Program-made: the position numbers and the translations under genes
Notes under the pieces: model-generated
Databases searched by the model: none
What the model saw: only the letters and a program-made list of their open reading frames with translations
What the model was told of the DNA's origin: nothing
Shown: positions 9,260 through 17,799 of the stretch, piece by piece
How the letters are laid out: each line of letters begins with the position of its first letter
Numbering within the stretch: the first letter of the stretch is position 1
DNA from: an uncultured Anaerolineaceae bacterium
GTDB taxonomy: Bacteria; Chloroflexota; Limnocylindria; Limnocylindrales; CSP1-4
Direction: 5' to 3'
Assembly: GCA_964629105.1 (NCBI GenBank)
Contig: CAZVPS010000002.1
Span: 1 to 38,881, forward strand
Length of the DNA: 38,881 nt

Positions 9260-10278
9260 GCAACGACCGACCGCAGGATTCGAGCGTAGGTAGCGACGTC
9301 GACACGTCCACTCGCGGTTCGGGCAGTGGTTCCCTGGGTCTGCTCGCGAGCCGGTTCGCTCTCCCGGTCGCCTGGCTGTTCCTCATCATCGTCTTCAGCC
9401 TCCTTCAGCCCGACCTCTTCCCGACAGCCCGCAACTTCCAATCCGTCCTGAGTGAGCGATCGATCCTGCTGATCCTGACCCTCGGCATGCTGTTCGGTCT
9501 GGCCGCCGGCGAGTACGACCTCTCAATCGCCGCCACCATGGGGCTCTCGTTCGTCATTGTCGGCTGGCTCAACGTCCAGAACGGCTGGCCGATCGAGCCG
9601 ACGATCGTCCTCGCGATCGCTGCCGCGCTGCTCGTGGGGGTCATCAACGCCGTCGTGATCGTTGTCCTCGACGTTCCATCGCTCGTGGCAACCCTCGGCA
9701 TGGGGTCGGTGCTCGCGGGACTTGCTCTCGGAATCAACAACCTCATCGTGTCGCCCGTCGATCCCCTGCTCGTCGACTTCGCGCGCATGAAGATCGGCGG
9801 CCTGCAGATGGTGTTCTTCGTCGCGCTAGGGCTCACGACCGCCACCTGGTACGTGTTCAGTTACACACCGCTCGGCAGGTACATCTACTTCGTCGGTGCG
9901 GGACGCAACGTCGCGCGCCTGACCGGCATTCGCGTCGATGCCATCCGAGCCGGGACCCTCATCGTTGGGTCCCTCATCGCCGGCCTCGGGGGTGTCCTCC
10001 TCGCCGGGCGGAACGGTTCGGTCGACCCGAACATCGCGCCCGCCCTTCTGCTCCCAGCCTTCGCCGGCGCGTTCCTCGGGTCGACGGCTATCAATCCCGG
10101 CCGCTTCAACCCCTGGGGGACCTTCATCGCGGTCTACTTCCTCGCGATGGGGATCAACGGCCTGCAGCTGTTGAAGATCACTGGATGGGTAGAGCAGGTC
10201 TTCTTCGGCGCGGCCCTCGTCGTCGGCGTGGTCTTCTCGCGACTGGCGCGTCGAGCGCTTGAGAGAGGCGGGTCGTGA
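9256..10278 (+). CDS. sugar ABC transporter permease (RbsC/BPD_transp_2 type)
   Basis: The ATG at 9256 is in frame within ORF 8950..10278. The product has multiple hydrophobic helices (LPVAWLFLIIVFSLL..., ILLILTLGMLFGLAAGEYDLSIAATMG...). The stop overlaps the next gene's start (GTGA). Confidence 0.85.
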   Translation: MSNDRPQDSSVGSDVDTSTRGSGSGSLGLLASRFALPVAWLFLIIVFSLLQPDLFPTARNFQSVLSERSILLILTLGMLFGLAAGEYDLSIAATMGLSFVIVGWLNVQNGWPIEPTIVLAIAAALLVGVINAVVIVVLDVPSLVATLGMGSVLAGLALGINNLIVSPVDPLLVDFARMKIGGLQMVFFVALGLTTATWYVFSYTPLGRYIYFVGAGRNVARLTGIRVDAIRAGTLIVGSLIAGLGGVLLAGRNGSVDPNIAPALLLPAFAGAFLGSTAINPGRFNPWGTFIAVYFLAMGINGLQLLKITGWVEQVFFGAALVVGVVFSRLARRALERGGS

Positions 10279-11453
10279 AGGACGACCCGCGCCTCCTCAT
10301 TGGGCTGATGTGCGGCACGTCGGGGGACGGTGTCGCAGGCGCACTGATCAGGACCCATGGCTACGGCAGACAACGGCAGGTCGACGTCCTCGCTCACAGC
10401 ATCACGCCGTATCCCGCCGACCTTCGGGCCCGGCTGTTCGCGCTGTTCCTGCCTGCCCGCTTCGACGGTCGGGAGCTCGGTGCCGTCCATCGGGAGATCG
10501 GCGTTGTCCTTGCAGATGCGGCCGTCGCCCTCCTCGATGCGGAGCGGATCGATGCCGACGCCCTCACGGCCGTGTCGGTGCAAGCGCCGACCCTCCTCCA
10601 TGAGCCACCGGCCGGCGGGCGGACCGGCATCCATCTCGAGATCGGAGATGTGGCGGCCATCGCCGCGCGCCTCCACACGACGGTCGTCTGCGACCTGCGG
10701 CCCTCGGACATCGCGGTCGGCGGACACGGGGCGCCGCTCAGTGCCTTCGCGGACTACGTCCTCTATGCGGACGACACGTTGAGCCGCGCGGTCCAGAACA
10801 TCGGGGGGATCGCGAACGTGACGTACCTCCCGAGAGGAGGGACCCTCGACGACGTCGTTGCGTTCGACACCGGGCCCGGGAACATGGTGATCGACGAGAC
10901 GGTGCGCCAACTGACCGGCGGCGACGAGGAGTTCGATCGGGACGGGCGTCGGGCTGCGCGCGGCACGGTCCGATCCGACCTCCTCGCCTGGATGCAGGGA
11001 CACCCGTACGTGGGCCTGCCATTGCCGAAGACGTCGGGGCGCGAGGACTTCGGGTCCGGGTATGTGACCGAGGTGTTCGCGTGGGCGCGATCGCACGATA
11101 TAGCGACGGACGATCTCGTGGCGACCGTCACCGCCTTCACCGCCGAGTGCATCGCCGCGCACTACTACCGCGAGCTCGTGCCCCTTGCCGGGGTGGACGA
11201 GATGATCCTGTACGGCGGGGGAGCCCACAACAGGACGCTCGTTCGGTTCATCGAGGAACGCTTGCCGGGACTGGCCATCCGCCGCCAGGACGAGTTCGGC
11301 ATTCCCGGGGACGCCCGGGAGAGCGTCACGTGGGCCCTGCTCGCCGACGAGACCCTTGCCGGGTATGCAACCAACGTGCCGGCAGCGAGCGGGGCATCGA
11401 GACGAGTCATGCTCGGCCGCATCCTGCGGCTCGATCCACCGCGTCTGCCATGA
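10275..11453 (+). CDS. anmK: anhydro-N-acetylmuramic acid kinase family protein (AnmK / anhydro-sugar kinase)
   Basis: Family landmarks: LIGLMCGTSGDGVAG (cf. GxMSGTSxDGxD), DIAVGGHGAPL, NIGGIANVTYL, FDTGPGNMVID, PKTSGREDFG, GGGAHN. Confidence 0.85.
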   Translation: MKDDPRLLIGLMCGTSGDGVAGALIRTHGYGRQRQVDVLAHSITPYPADLRARLFALFLPARFDGRELGAVHREIGVVLADAAVALLDAERIDADALTAVSVQAPTLLHEPPAGGRTGIHLEIGDVAAIAARLHTTVVCDLRPSDIAVGGHGAPLSAFADYVLYADDTLSRAVQNIGGIANVTYLPRGGTLDDVVAFDTGPGNMVIDETVRQLTGGDEEFDRDGRRAARGTVRSDLLAWMQGHPYVGLPLPKTSGREDFGSGYVTEVFAWARSHDIATDDLVATVTAFTAECIAAHYYRELVPLAGVDEMILYGGGAHNRTLVRFIEERLPGLAIRRQDEFGIPGDARESVTWALLADETLAGYATNVPAASGASRRVMLGRILRLDPPRLP

Positions 11454-12127
11454 CCCTGATCGTAGTGGGCGCTCACGCCCTCGATGCGGAGCTGATGGCA
11501 GGGCCGCTCGCTGCGGTGGCGAGTGATGCGGGCTGGCCTGTCGCACTTATTCACCTGACGCTCGGCGAGCGAGGGCATCCGGACAAGGCGCCGGACGTCT
11601 TTGGCCCCCAGGTCCGCGAGGAGTCGCTGGCGGCGGCGCGGCTGCTCGGTGCCGAGGCTGTCTGGTCCGGGGCGCCGGCGCCGCTGCGCGAGGAGGTCGT
11701 CCGCGACTGGCTGGTCGCGGAGCTGATCCGGCGGCGCCCGACCGTCGTCATCACGCACTGGGCCGGGTCCTGGCACGCGAGCCATCGGGAGGCTCACAGG
11801 GTCGTGCGCGAAGCCGTCGATCTCGCGCCCGTCGACCCTGTCCTGGCGTTCGCCGAGAACTGCGAGGACCTCGTCGGCTTTGCTCCGACCCACCTGGTCC
11901 CGGTCGCATCTGTGCGTGACCGATGGCTCGCGGCCGTGAACGAATACGAGCTCTTCCGACGGTCCGTACCCGGGTCGGGGAGTGTTGCCGACATCCCCTA
12001 CTGGGCGTACTACACAGCAGCGCTCCGCGTGCACGGCCTGCATTTCGACGCCGGACAGGCCCAGGTGTTCATGAGCGACCGGCCGCTCCCAACCGAGCTC
12101 GGGTTCAGGCCCATCCCCGACTGCTGA
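11450..12127 (+). CDS. PIG-L/LmbE family deacetylase
   Basis: The ATG at 11450 overlaps the anmK stop (ATGA). MTLIVVGAHALDAELMAGPLAA...VALIHLTLGERGHP and ...VVITHWAGSWHASHREAHRVV resemble the LmbE fold motifs. The AHPDDE box is degenerate here (AHALDAE). Confidence 0.7.
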   Translation: MTLIVVGAHALDAELMAGPLAAVASDAGWPVALIHLTLGERGHPDKAPDVFGPQVREESLAAARLLGAEAVWSGAPAPLREEVVRDWLVAELIRRRPTVVITHWAGSWHASHREAHRVVREAVDLAPVDPVLAFAENCEDLVGFAPTHLVPVASVRDRWLAAVNEYELFRRSVPGSGSVADIPYWAYYTAALRVHGLHFDAGQAQVFMSDRPLPTELGFRPIPDC

Positions 12128-12147
12128 CGAGAAGCCTTCGTCAGCAG
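12121..12147. terminator. hairpin between convergent genes (candidate bidirectional terminator)
   Basis: CTGCTGACGA-gaagcct-TCGTCAGCAG has a 10-bp perfect stem. The two arms contain the stop codons of the PIG-L gene (12125..12127) and the HyuA gene (12141..12143). There is no U-tract. Confidence 0.4.
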
Positions 12148-14186
12148 TCCAGCTGATCCGGCCGGAGGACCATCGAGCCGATCGCGTCGACCTCCGCGCT
12201 CCAGCCCGGAGGGATGAGCGTCGTTGCATCGAGCTGCTCGACGACGCTCGGCCCTTCAATCCGCGTGCCCCGGCCGAACCCGTCCCGCCAGTAGACCGGG
12301 GTATCGAGCCACTCCTTGTGGAACACGCCGCGCCTCGCGACGGGCTCGGGCGACGGCGCCGCCGACACCGCGGGCAGGGCCGGATGATCGATCCGACCGA
12401 TCCCACTCACGCGCAGGTTCACCATCTCGACCGGGGTCTCGGGGCCCGGAGCGTGGCCGAACTCGCGGTGATGACGCTCCGCCAGCAGTTCGGAGAGCCT
12501 CGAATGGACCGACTCGGTGTAGGGCCTGGGGATGATGATGTTCAGCTCGTGCGTCTGGCCGACGTATCGCAGGTCGGCGGAGTACGTCACGACGATGCGA
12601 TCGTCGCGGAACCCCTCGCGCCCGAGGATCGTCACCGCCGATCGCTCGAGCTCGTCGTAGGCCGCCGCGACCTGCGCCGCGGGGGTGATCCGATTCTCTC
12701 GGAGGAAGGTCATGGCGATGTCGTGCCGGACGTCGGTGAGGAGAAGGCCGAGGGCAGACGTCACGCCGGGGTTCGGCGGCACGAGCACGGTCGAGACGCC
12801 CAGCTCCTCGGCGACCGCGGCCGCGAGGAGAGGGCCACCGCCGCCATAGGCGAGAAGGGCGAAGTCGCGCGGATCGAGCCCTCGCTCGACCGTCCGCTGC
12901 CGGATGGCGAACACGATGTTGGCGACCGCGAGTTCGATGATCCCGCTCGCCATGGAGGCACCATCGAGCCCGAGCCGGCCGCCGAGCTCCTCGACAGCAT
13001 CCTTGGCGAGCTTGGGGTGGAGCTGGACGCTTCCCCCGGCGAGCTCCCACGGGTTCTGCCGCCCGAGTATGACGTTCGCGTCCGTGACGGTCGGCTCCGC
13101 CCCGCCCCGCCCGAGACACGCGGGTCCAGGGTCCGCCCCTGCACTCTGCGGACCCAGCTGCAGCATGCCGCCCCGGTCGATCCACGCGATCGTTCCGCCG
13201 CCCGCACCGATCGACCCAATGTCGATGACCGGGTAGGCGATCGTCGTGCCGAACTCCAGCTCGAGCTCGCTCCGCAGGCTCGGCAGCCCGCCGGCGACGA
13301 TCGAGATGTCGGTCGAGGTCCCCCCGACGTCCATCCCGATCAGGTTGGGGTAGTGGACGGAACCATCCGAGTCGGAGGCCGCGGCGATCGCGATCTGTGC
13401 CACGACGCCGGCGGCGGGACCCGATCCGATCGAGTACGCGGGTCGTCGGAGCGCCGCGGCGGTCGTCGACAGACCCCCGTTGGAAGCCATTACGAGGAGA
13501 TCGTTGCCATAGCCTTGCTCGTGCAGCGTCGTCTCGAGGCGGGCGAGATAGCCAGCGAGCGTCGGGCCGATGTACGCGGAGACGACGGTCGTCGAGGTGC
13601 GTTCGAACTCCCGCCACTCGGGCAGGATCTCGGAGGAGATGTAGATGGGCAGCTCCGGGAACCGCTCCCGGATCGCGTCGCGAACGAGTCGTTCGTTCTC
13701 GCCGTTCACATAGGCGTTGATGAAGCAGATCGCGAGCGATTCGACGCCCTCCGCGACGAGCGCCGCCGCGGTCGCGACGGCCTCGTCGACGTTGGGCGGC
13801 GCGAGGACGACGCCGGTCGCGGCGGTACGCTCCGCCACCTCCCTGCGCCAGTTGCGGGGCACGAGCTCGACAGGCGGTTCCCACTGGAAGTTGTAGAGGT
13901 CGCCGCGAGTCGTGCGGCGAATCTGGAGGACGTCGCGGAAGCCGCGCGTCGTGATCAGCCCGGCCGGGACCCCTCGTCGCTGGATCGCCGCATTCGTGGT
14001 GACGGTCGTGCCGTGGGCGAACAGCTCGACCTGGTCGAGCGGGATCGCCATGTCCTCGACGCCCGTGAGGACCGCGCGGGCGGGGTCGTCAGGTGTGGAC
14101 AGGTACTTCGCGACGCGCAGACCGTCGGGCCCGAGCGTGACGAAGTCAGTGAAGGTGCCCCCGGTGTCGACGCCGACACGGATCAT
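12141..14186 (-). CDS. hydantoinase/oxoprolinase family protein, A subunit (HyuA-type, ATP-dependent)
   Basis: 681 aa. The N-terminus MIRVGVDTGGTFTDFV is the classic HyuA/OPLAH ATP-binding start. Also present: HGTTVTTNA, DVGGTSTDIS, YGGGGPL. Confidence 0.9.
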   Translation of the reverse strand: MIRVGVDTGGTFTDFVTLGPDGLRVAKYLSTPDDPARAVLTGVEDMAIPLDQVELFAHGTTVTTNAAIQRRGVPAGLITTRGFRDVLQIRRTTRGDLYNFQWEPPVELVPRNWRREVAERTAATGVVLAPPNVDEAVATAAALVAEGVESLAICFINAYVNGENERLVRDAIRERFPELPIYISSEILPEWREFERTSTTVVSAYIGPTLAGYLARLETTLHEQGYGNDLLVMASNGGLSTTAAALRRPAYSIGSGPAAGVVAQIAIAAASDSDGSVHYPNLIGMDVGGTSTDISIVAGGLPSLRSELELEFGTTIAYPVIDIGSIGAGGGTIAWIDRGGMLQLGPQSAGADPGPACLGRGGAEPTVTDANVILGRQNPWELAGGSVQLHPKLAKDAVEELGGRLGLDGASMASGIIELAVANIVFAIRQRTVERGLDPRDFALLAYGGGGPLLAAAVAEELGVSTVLVPPNPGVTSALGLLLTDVRHDIAMTFLRENRITPAAQVAAAYDELERSAVTILGREGFRDDRIVVTYSADLRYVGQTHELNIIIPRPYTESVHSRLSELLAERHHREFGHAPGPETPVEMVNLRVSGIGRIDHPALPAVSAAPSPEPVARRGVFHKEWLDTPVYWRDGFGRGTRIEGPSVVEQLDATTLIPPGWSAEVDAIGSMVLRPDQLDC

Positions 14187-15907
14187 CGCGCCGCCCTCCG
14201 CTGCTCTCGCTCGTTGCGTGTCGCCTCCTCGTCCACGGTGCCATCGGGCAGGATCACCACCCCGTAGGCATCGCGGGCGTGTTTGGCGGTCACCAGGCCG
14301 ATCGCGACGTCCTGCTCGACGAGCGTCGTCGATCGCTCGAGCGGGTCTCCGTACCCCCCGCCCCCGCCTGCCAAAATCGTTACCCGGTCGCCCGCGCGCA
14401 GCTCGACGCCGACGGCCTTGAGCGAAAGGTTCTCCTGGTCCGGCTGGCCCTCGTTACGCAGCAGCCCGTGGGCCGCGCCCTTCCCGCCTCCGAGAACTCC
14501 GGCGGGCGGGTAGAACTCCCGGTCGCCGAGGCAGGAAAGTCGGGCCTCGCCCTCCAGGAGGCGGAACGTCTTCCGCGAGCCGACGCCCCCGCGGAAGCGA
14601 CCCGGTCCTCCGGAGTCGGGCCACAGGGCCCACTCCTCGAAGAGAATCGGGTAGCGGCGCTCCATCACCTCCGCGGGCGTGATCCGCGCACCGCCGCCGT
14701 ACAAGGAGACAAGGCCCGCAGGGCCGTCCTTCGTCGCGCGAGCGCCGAAACCGCCCTCACTGAACAGATACGCCACGTAAGGGCGGTCGTCGCTCTTCCC
14801 GCCGATCGTCAGGTTGATGAGGTTGTACGGCGTGCCCACGACCTGCTGGGGCAGGGCGGTCTCCAGCGCGTTCAGGGACGCGCCGATGACCTTCTCGTAC
14901 ACGGTGGCCGCCATGCTCGAAATCGCTCGCGGGGGGCGTGCGTTGACCACCGTGCCCAAGGGCGCGATCACGTCGATCGGAGCGAAGCATCCGTGGTTCA
15001 TGGGGATGTGGGGGAACAGTGACTTGACGGTCACGAACACCGCGGACGCGGTGGCGCTGTAGGTTGAGTTCGACGCCGACAGGGACTCGCCATCCGAATC
15101 CGAGAAGTCGAAGGTCATGTGATCGCCCTCGACGGTGAGCTGCAGGGCGACCCGCTTGGGGTACGGGCGCGCGAGGGACTCCATGTCGACGAAGTCCTCA
15201 CCGTGGTACACGCCGTCGGGGATGCGGCAGATCTCCTCCCGCAGGAGAAGCTCGGACTTGTCGATCACCTCGTCCATGACCGCGTGCACGTCATCCCAGC
15301 CGTATCGAGCCGCCAGCTCCTTGAGGCGCGTCTCGCCCACGCTCGTGGCGCCGATCTGGGCGTAGGCATCGGCGACCCGCTCGTGGGGAATCCGCATGTT
15401 GCCTTCGATGATGCGGAACACCGCCTTGTTCGGGCGCCCCGCCTGGACGATCTTCAGCGGCGACATCCGCAGCCCTTCCTGGAAGTGCTCGCGCGCGTCA
15501 GCCACGAAACTGCCGGGCTCCTGCCCGCCGACATCCGGCCAGTGGCCGCAGACGGCGACGAACGCTTCGAGTCCGCCAGGACCGAAGACGGGCCGGACTA
15601 CACCCACGTCGTTGAAGTGGGTGCCGCCGACGAACGGGTCATTCATGATGAAGACGTCGCCGGGCTCGAGATCGTCGGCGTAATCACGAAGGATCGCCTG
15701 ATGCGAGAACTCGAGCATGCCCACGAACACAGCAAGGTCCCAGTCGCCCTGGGCCACCAGGCGACCGCGGCGGTCCATGATGGCACCGCCGATGTCACGT
15801 CCCTCGGTGATCACCGGGCTGAACGCTGACCGGAAGAGGGCCAGGTCCATCTCATTGACGATGCTGCCGAAGGCGTTTCTGACAACGGCGGTGGTCACGG
15901 GATGCAC
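14183..15907 (-). CDS. hydantoinase B/oxoprolinase family protein (HyuB-type)
   Basis: The GTG at 15907 is preceded by the SD GAGGGAG at a 6-nt spacing. The longer track ORF would run through the divergent promoter. VTTAVVRNAFGSIVNEMDLALFRSAFSPVITEGRDIGGAI is a typical HyuB N-terminus. The stop overlaps the hyuA-type start (ATGA). Confidence 0.85.
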   Translation of the reverse strand: MHPVTTAVVRNAFGSIVNEMDLALFRSAFSPVITEGRDIGGAIMDRRGRLVAQGDWDLAVFVGMLEFSHQAILRDYADDLEPGDVFIMNDPFVGGTHFNDVGVVRPVFGPGGLEAFVAVCGHWPDVGGQEPGSFVADAREHFQEGLRMSPLKIVQAGRPNKAVFRIIEGNMRIPHERVADAYAQIGATSVGETRLKELAARYGWDDVHAVMDEVIDKSELLLREEICRIPDGVYHGEDFVDMESLARPYPKRVALQLTVEGDHMTFDFSDSDGESLSASNSTYSATASAVFVTVKSLFPHIPMNHGCFAPIDVIAPLGTVVNARPPRAISSMAATVYEKVIGASLNALETALPQQVVGTPYNLINLTIGGKSDDRPYVAYLFSEGGFGARATKDGPAGLVSLYGGGARITPAEVMERRYPILFEEWALWPDSGGPGRFRGGVGSRKTFRLLEGEARLSCLGDREFYPPAGVLGGGKGAAHGLLRNEGQPDQENLSLKAVGVELRAGDRVTILAGGGGGYGDPLERSTTLVEQDVAIGLVTAKHARDAYGVVILPDGTVDEEATRNEREQRRAAR

Positions 15908-15936
15908 GGTCAGCTCCCTCTGGGGTATGCAGCAAC

Positions 15937-15956
15937 TGATTATGCCATTATAATCA
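15937..15956. promoter_or_regulatory. perfect inverted repeat TGATTAT-N6-ATAATCA overlapping a TATAAT box in the divergent HyuB/GntR intergenic region (candidate GntR operator plus leaderless promoter)
   Basis: This is the only AT-rich stretch in the 53-nt gap between 15907 and 15961. TATAAT lies at 15949..15954, 6 nt before the GTG of the regulator gene, with no SD. That implies a leaderless transcript. Confidence 0.45.
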
Positions 15957-15960
15957 CGCC

Positions 15961-16725
15961 GTGACTGAACGACCATCTCACCCCTCCGGGGTCCGGCCCG
16001 TGTCGCGCCTCGAACCGATGCCCCTGTACCGCCAGGTCGAGGCGGACCTCCGGGCACGCGTCCTCTCCGGTGAGCTGGTGCCATCGACCCGGCTCCCCGG
16101 CGAGGGTGAGCTGTCCGCCCTGTACGGCGCCAGCAAGATCACCATCCGCCAGGCTCTCGCCCTTCTGGCGTCCGAGGGCCTGGTGTCCCGTCAGCCGGGA
16201 AAGGGGACGTTCGTTCGAGCGGCCACTCTGACGGCCGGCTCACGCACGGTCTCCTCCTACACGGAGGAAATGGCTTCGCTGCACCTCGCGGCAGGAGGTC
16301 GTGTCCTTCGCCAGGAACTGATTGGGGCGGACGATCGGACCGCCGAACGCCTCGGGATCGAGGTCGGCACTACCGTTCTGGCACTCGATCGACTGCGGCT
16401 CGGAGACGGGACGCCGGTCGGTGTACAGAGAGCACGGATCGTCGCCTCCTTCGTACCTGGGCTCGAGGAGGTCGACCTCACCGACATGACCCTGTACGGG
16501 CTGCTGCGGGACCGGTATGGACTCGTGCCGACCGAGGCCGAAGAGGTCTTCCGCGTCGGGGCCGTCGGCGCTGCCGATGCGAAGCTGCTCGAGGTCCCGG
16601 CGAGGACGTGCTGCTTCCTCGTGGAGCGACTGACGCTGGTCGGCGACCGACCGTTCGAGCTCGTCGCGTCAGTCATGCGAGGTGACCGCTATCAGGTTCG
16701 CCTTGGGCTCAAGAGCAGCACGTGA
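15961..16725 (+). CDS. GntR family transcriptional regulator, HutC/FarR subfamily (wHTH + UTRA domain)
   Basis: PLYRQVEADLRARVLSGELVPSTRLPGEGELSALYGASKITIRQALALLASEGLVSRQPGKGTFV is the canonical GntR wHTH. The C-terminal roughly 150 aa are UTRA-like. Confidence 0.85.
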   Translation: MTERPSHPSGVRPVSRLEPMPLYRQVEADLRARVLSGELVPSTRLPGEGELSALYGASKITIRQALALLASEGLVSRQPGKGTFVRAATLTAGSRTVSSYTEEMASLHLAAGGRVLRQELIGADDRTAERLGIEVGTTVLALDRLRLGDGTPVGVQRARIVASFVPGLEEVDLTDMTLYGLLRDRYGLVPTEAEEVFRVGAVGAADAKLLEVPARTCCFLVERLTLVGDRPFELVASVMRGDRYQVRLGLKSST

Positions 16726-16741
16726 CATTGGAGGATCCACC

Positions 16742-17515
16742 ATGCAGACGGACTACCTCGGCCGCCTCGTCGAACTGATCGAGGGCCTGGCATCGACGCA
16801 GGCGCAGGCGTTCGAGGTGGGTGCGCGGCGAGCGGCGGATGCCGTTGAAGGGGGTGGGTTCATCCACCTGTACGGCAGCGGCCACTCAGTCATCCCGGTG
16901 ATGGAGGCATTCCCGCGTTACGGGGCGTTCGCCGCCCTCAACCCATTGACTGACCCGCGACTCATGTGGTGGGACGTCCTCGGGTCTGGCGGCGTGCGCG
17001 AACTGCTATGGCTGGAGCGGACCGAGGGCTACACGCAGCAGTACCTCGACAACCAGCCGATCTCGCCCGGCGACGTGATGGTCGTCGTGTCGCATGGAGG
17101 CCGAAACGCGGCGCCGATCGAAGCGGCGATGTACGGACGTGACCGAGGGGTATTCGTCATCGGCGTCACCTCCGTTGCGAACGCAGCACGCCCACGCGAG
17201 CACTCGAGTGGCAAGCACCTGTCGGAGGTGGCTGACCTCGTTCTCGACACCGGGGTGCCCGTCGAAGATGCGGTCATGTATCTCGATGGCCTCGAGCGAC
17301 CCGTAGGCGGGACCTCAACGATCGTGGCCTGCGCGGCGGTCAACCAGTTGATGGTCGCCACCGCGGCAGAGTTGCATGCGCGGCACGCGCTTCCCCCGGT
17401 CTTCGTCTCTCCCACCGTGCCGGGCGCGAGCGTTGCGTCCAATGGCGAGGTGTTCGATGACTACCGGCGCAGGCTGATCCAGGCGCAGGCCCGTCGCTTC
17501 ACGCCGACGCGGTGA
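16742..17515 (+). CDS. SIS (sugar isomerase/phosphosugar-binding) domain protein, UPF0309-like
   Basis: The ATG at 16742 is preceded by the SD GGAGGA. Motifs: GGFIHLYGSGHSVIPVMEAFPRYG, GDVMVVVSHGGRNAAPIE, VIGVTS...HSSGKHL...ADLVLDTGVP. Confidence 0.8.
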   Translation: MQTDYLGRLVELIEGLASTQAQAFEVGARRAADAVEGGGFIHLYGSGHSVIPVMEAFPRYGAFAALNPLTDPRLMWWDVLGSGGVRELLWLERTEGYTQQYLDNQPISPGDVMVVVSHGGRNAAPIEAAMYGRDRGVFVIGVTSVANAARPREHSSGKHLSEVADLVLDTGVPVEDAVMYLDGLERPVGGTSTIVACAAVNQLMVATAAELHARHALPPVFVSPTVPGASVASNGEVFDDYRRRLIQAQARRFTPTR

Positions 17516-17799
17516 GGTTGCGTCCGTGCCATCCCGATGACGTGTCCATTTGTGCCCGGCGGGAGCGGCGAGGAACCGGCGCGCGGGTCGAAGCGCCGGC
17601 GTCAGATGGCGCGGACTTCGTCCTCTCCACTTTGTGACTTCGGCAGCAGGTGGATGCTTGTGGCGATGACGCTCACGCACGAGTCGAGCGCGGAGGGCGC
17701 TCCTGCGAGCGTGAAACCGCCCGTCCGAAGCATCGATGCCACTGTCGTCATTCGTCTACCTCAGTTCGGCCCCAGCGGGTGCCGGCCCATCGACGGGGC

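Noticed and set aside
11094-11102. CACGATATA inside anmK matches 9 nt of the terminal inverted-repeat core
   Set aside because: The flanks do not match the 26-nt repeat, and it lies within a well-supported coding frame. A single 9-mer match is within chance expectation for this window.
10134-14267. Large overlapping ORFs (10134..11546 -, 12256..13884 -, 12318..14267 +, 11165..12406 -); similar ones occur at 18916..20730 - and 17748..18570 -
   Set aside because: Each lies antisense to, or out of frame with, a gene that has strong family motifs (AnmK, PIG-L, HyuA, the FAD/Fe-S oxidoreductase). Their translations are low-complexity R/P/G/A strings.
17602-17751. A 49-aa minus-strand ORF (MTTVASMLRTGGFTLAGAPSALDSCVSVIATSIHLLPKSQSGEDEVRAI) with a GAGG-like SD, in the 285-nt gap between the SIS and oxidoreductase genes
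   Set aside because: It is short, has no motif, and is oriented against both neighbours. The evidence is insufficient to call it a gene, though it would be worth checking with ribosome profiling.
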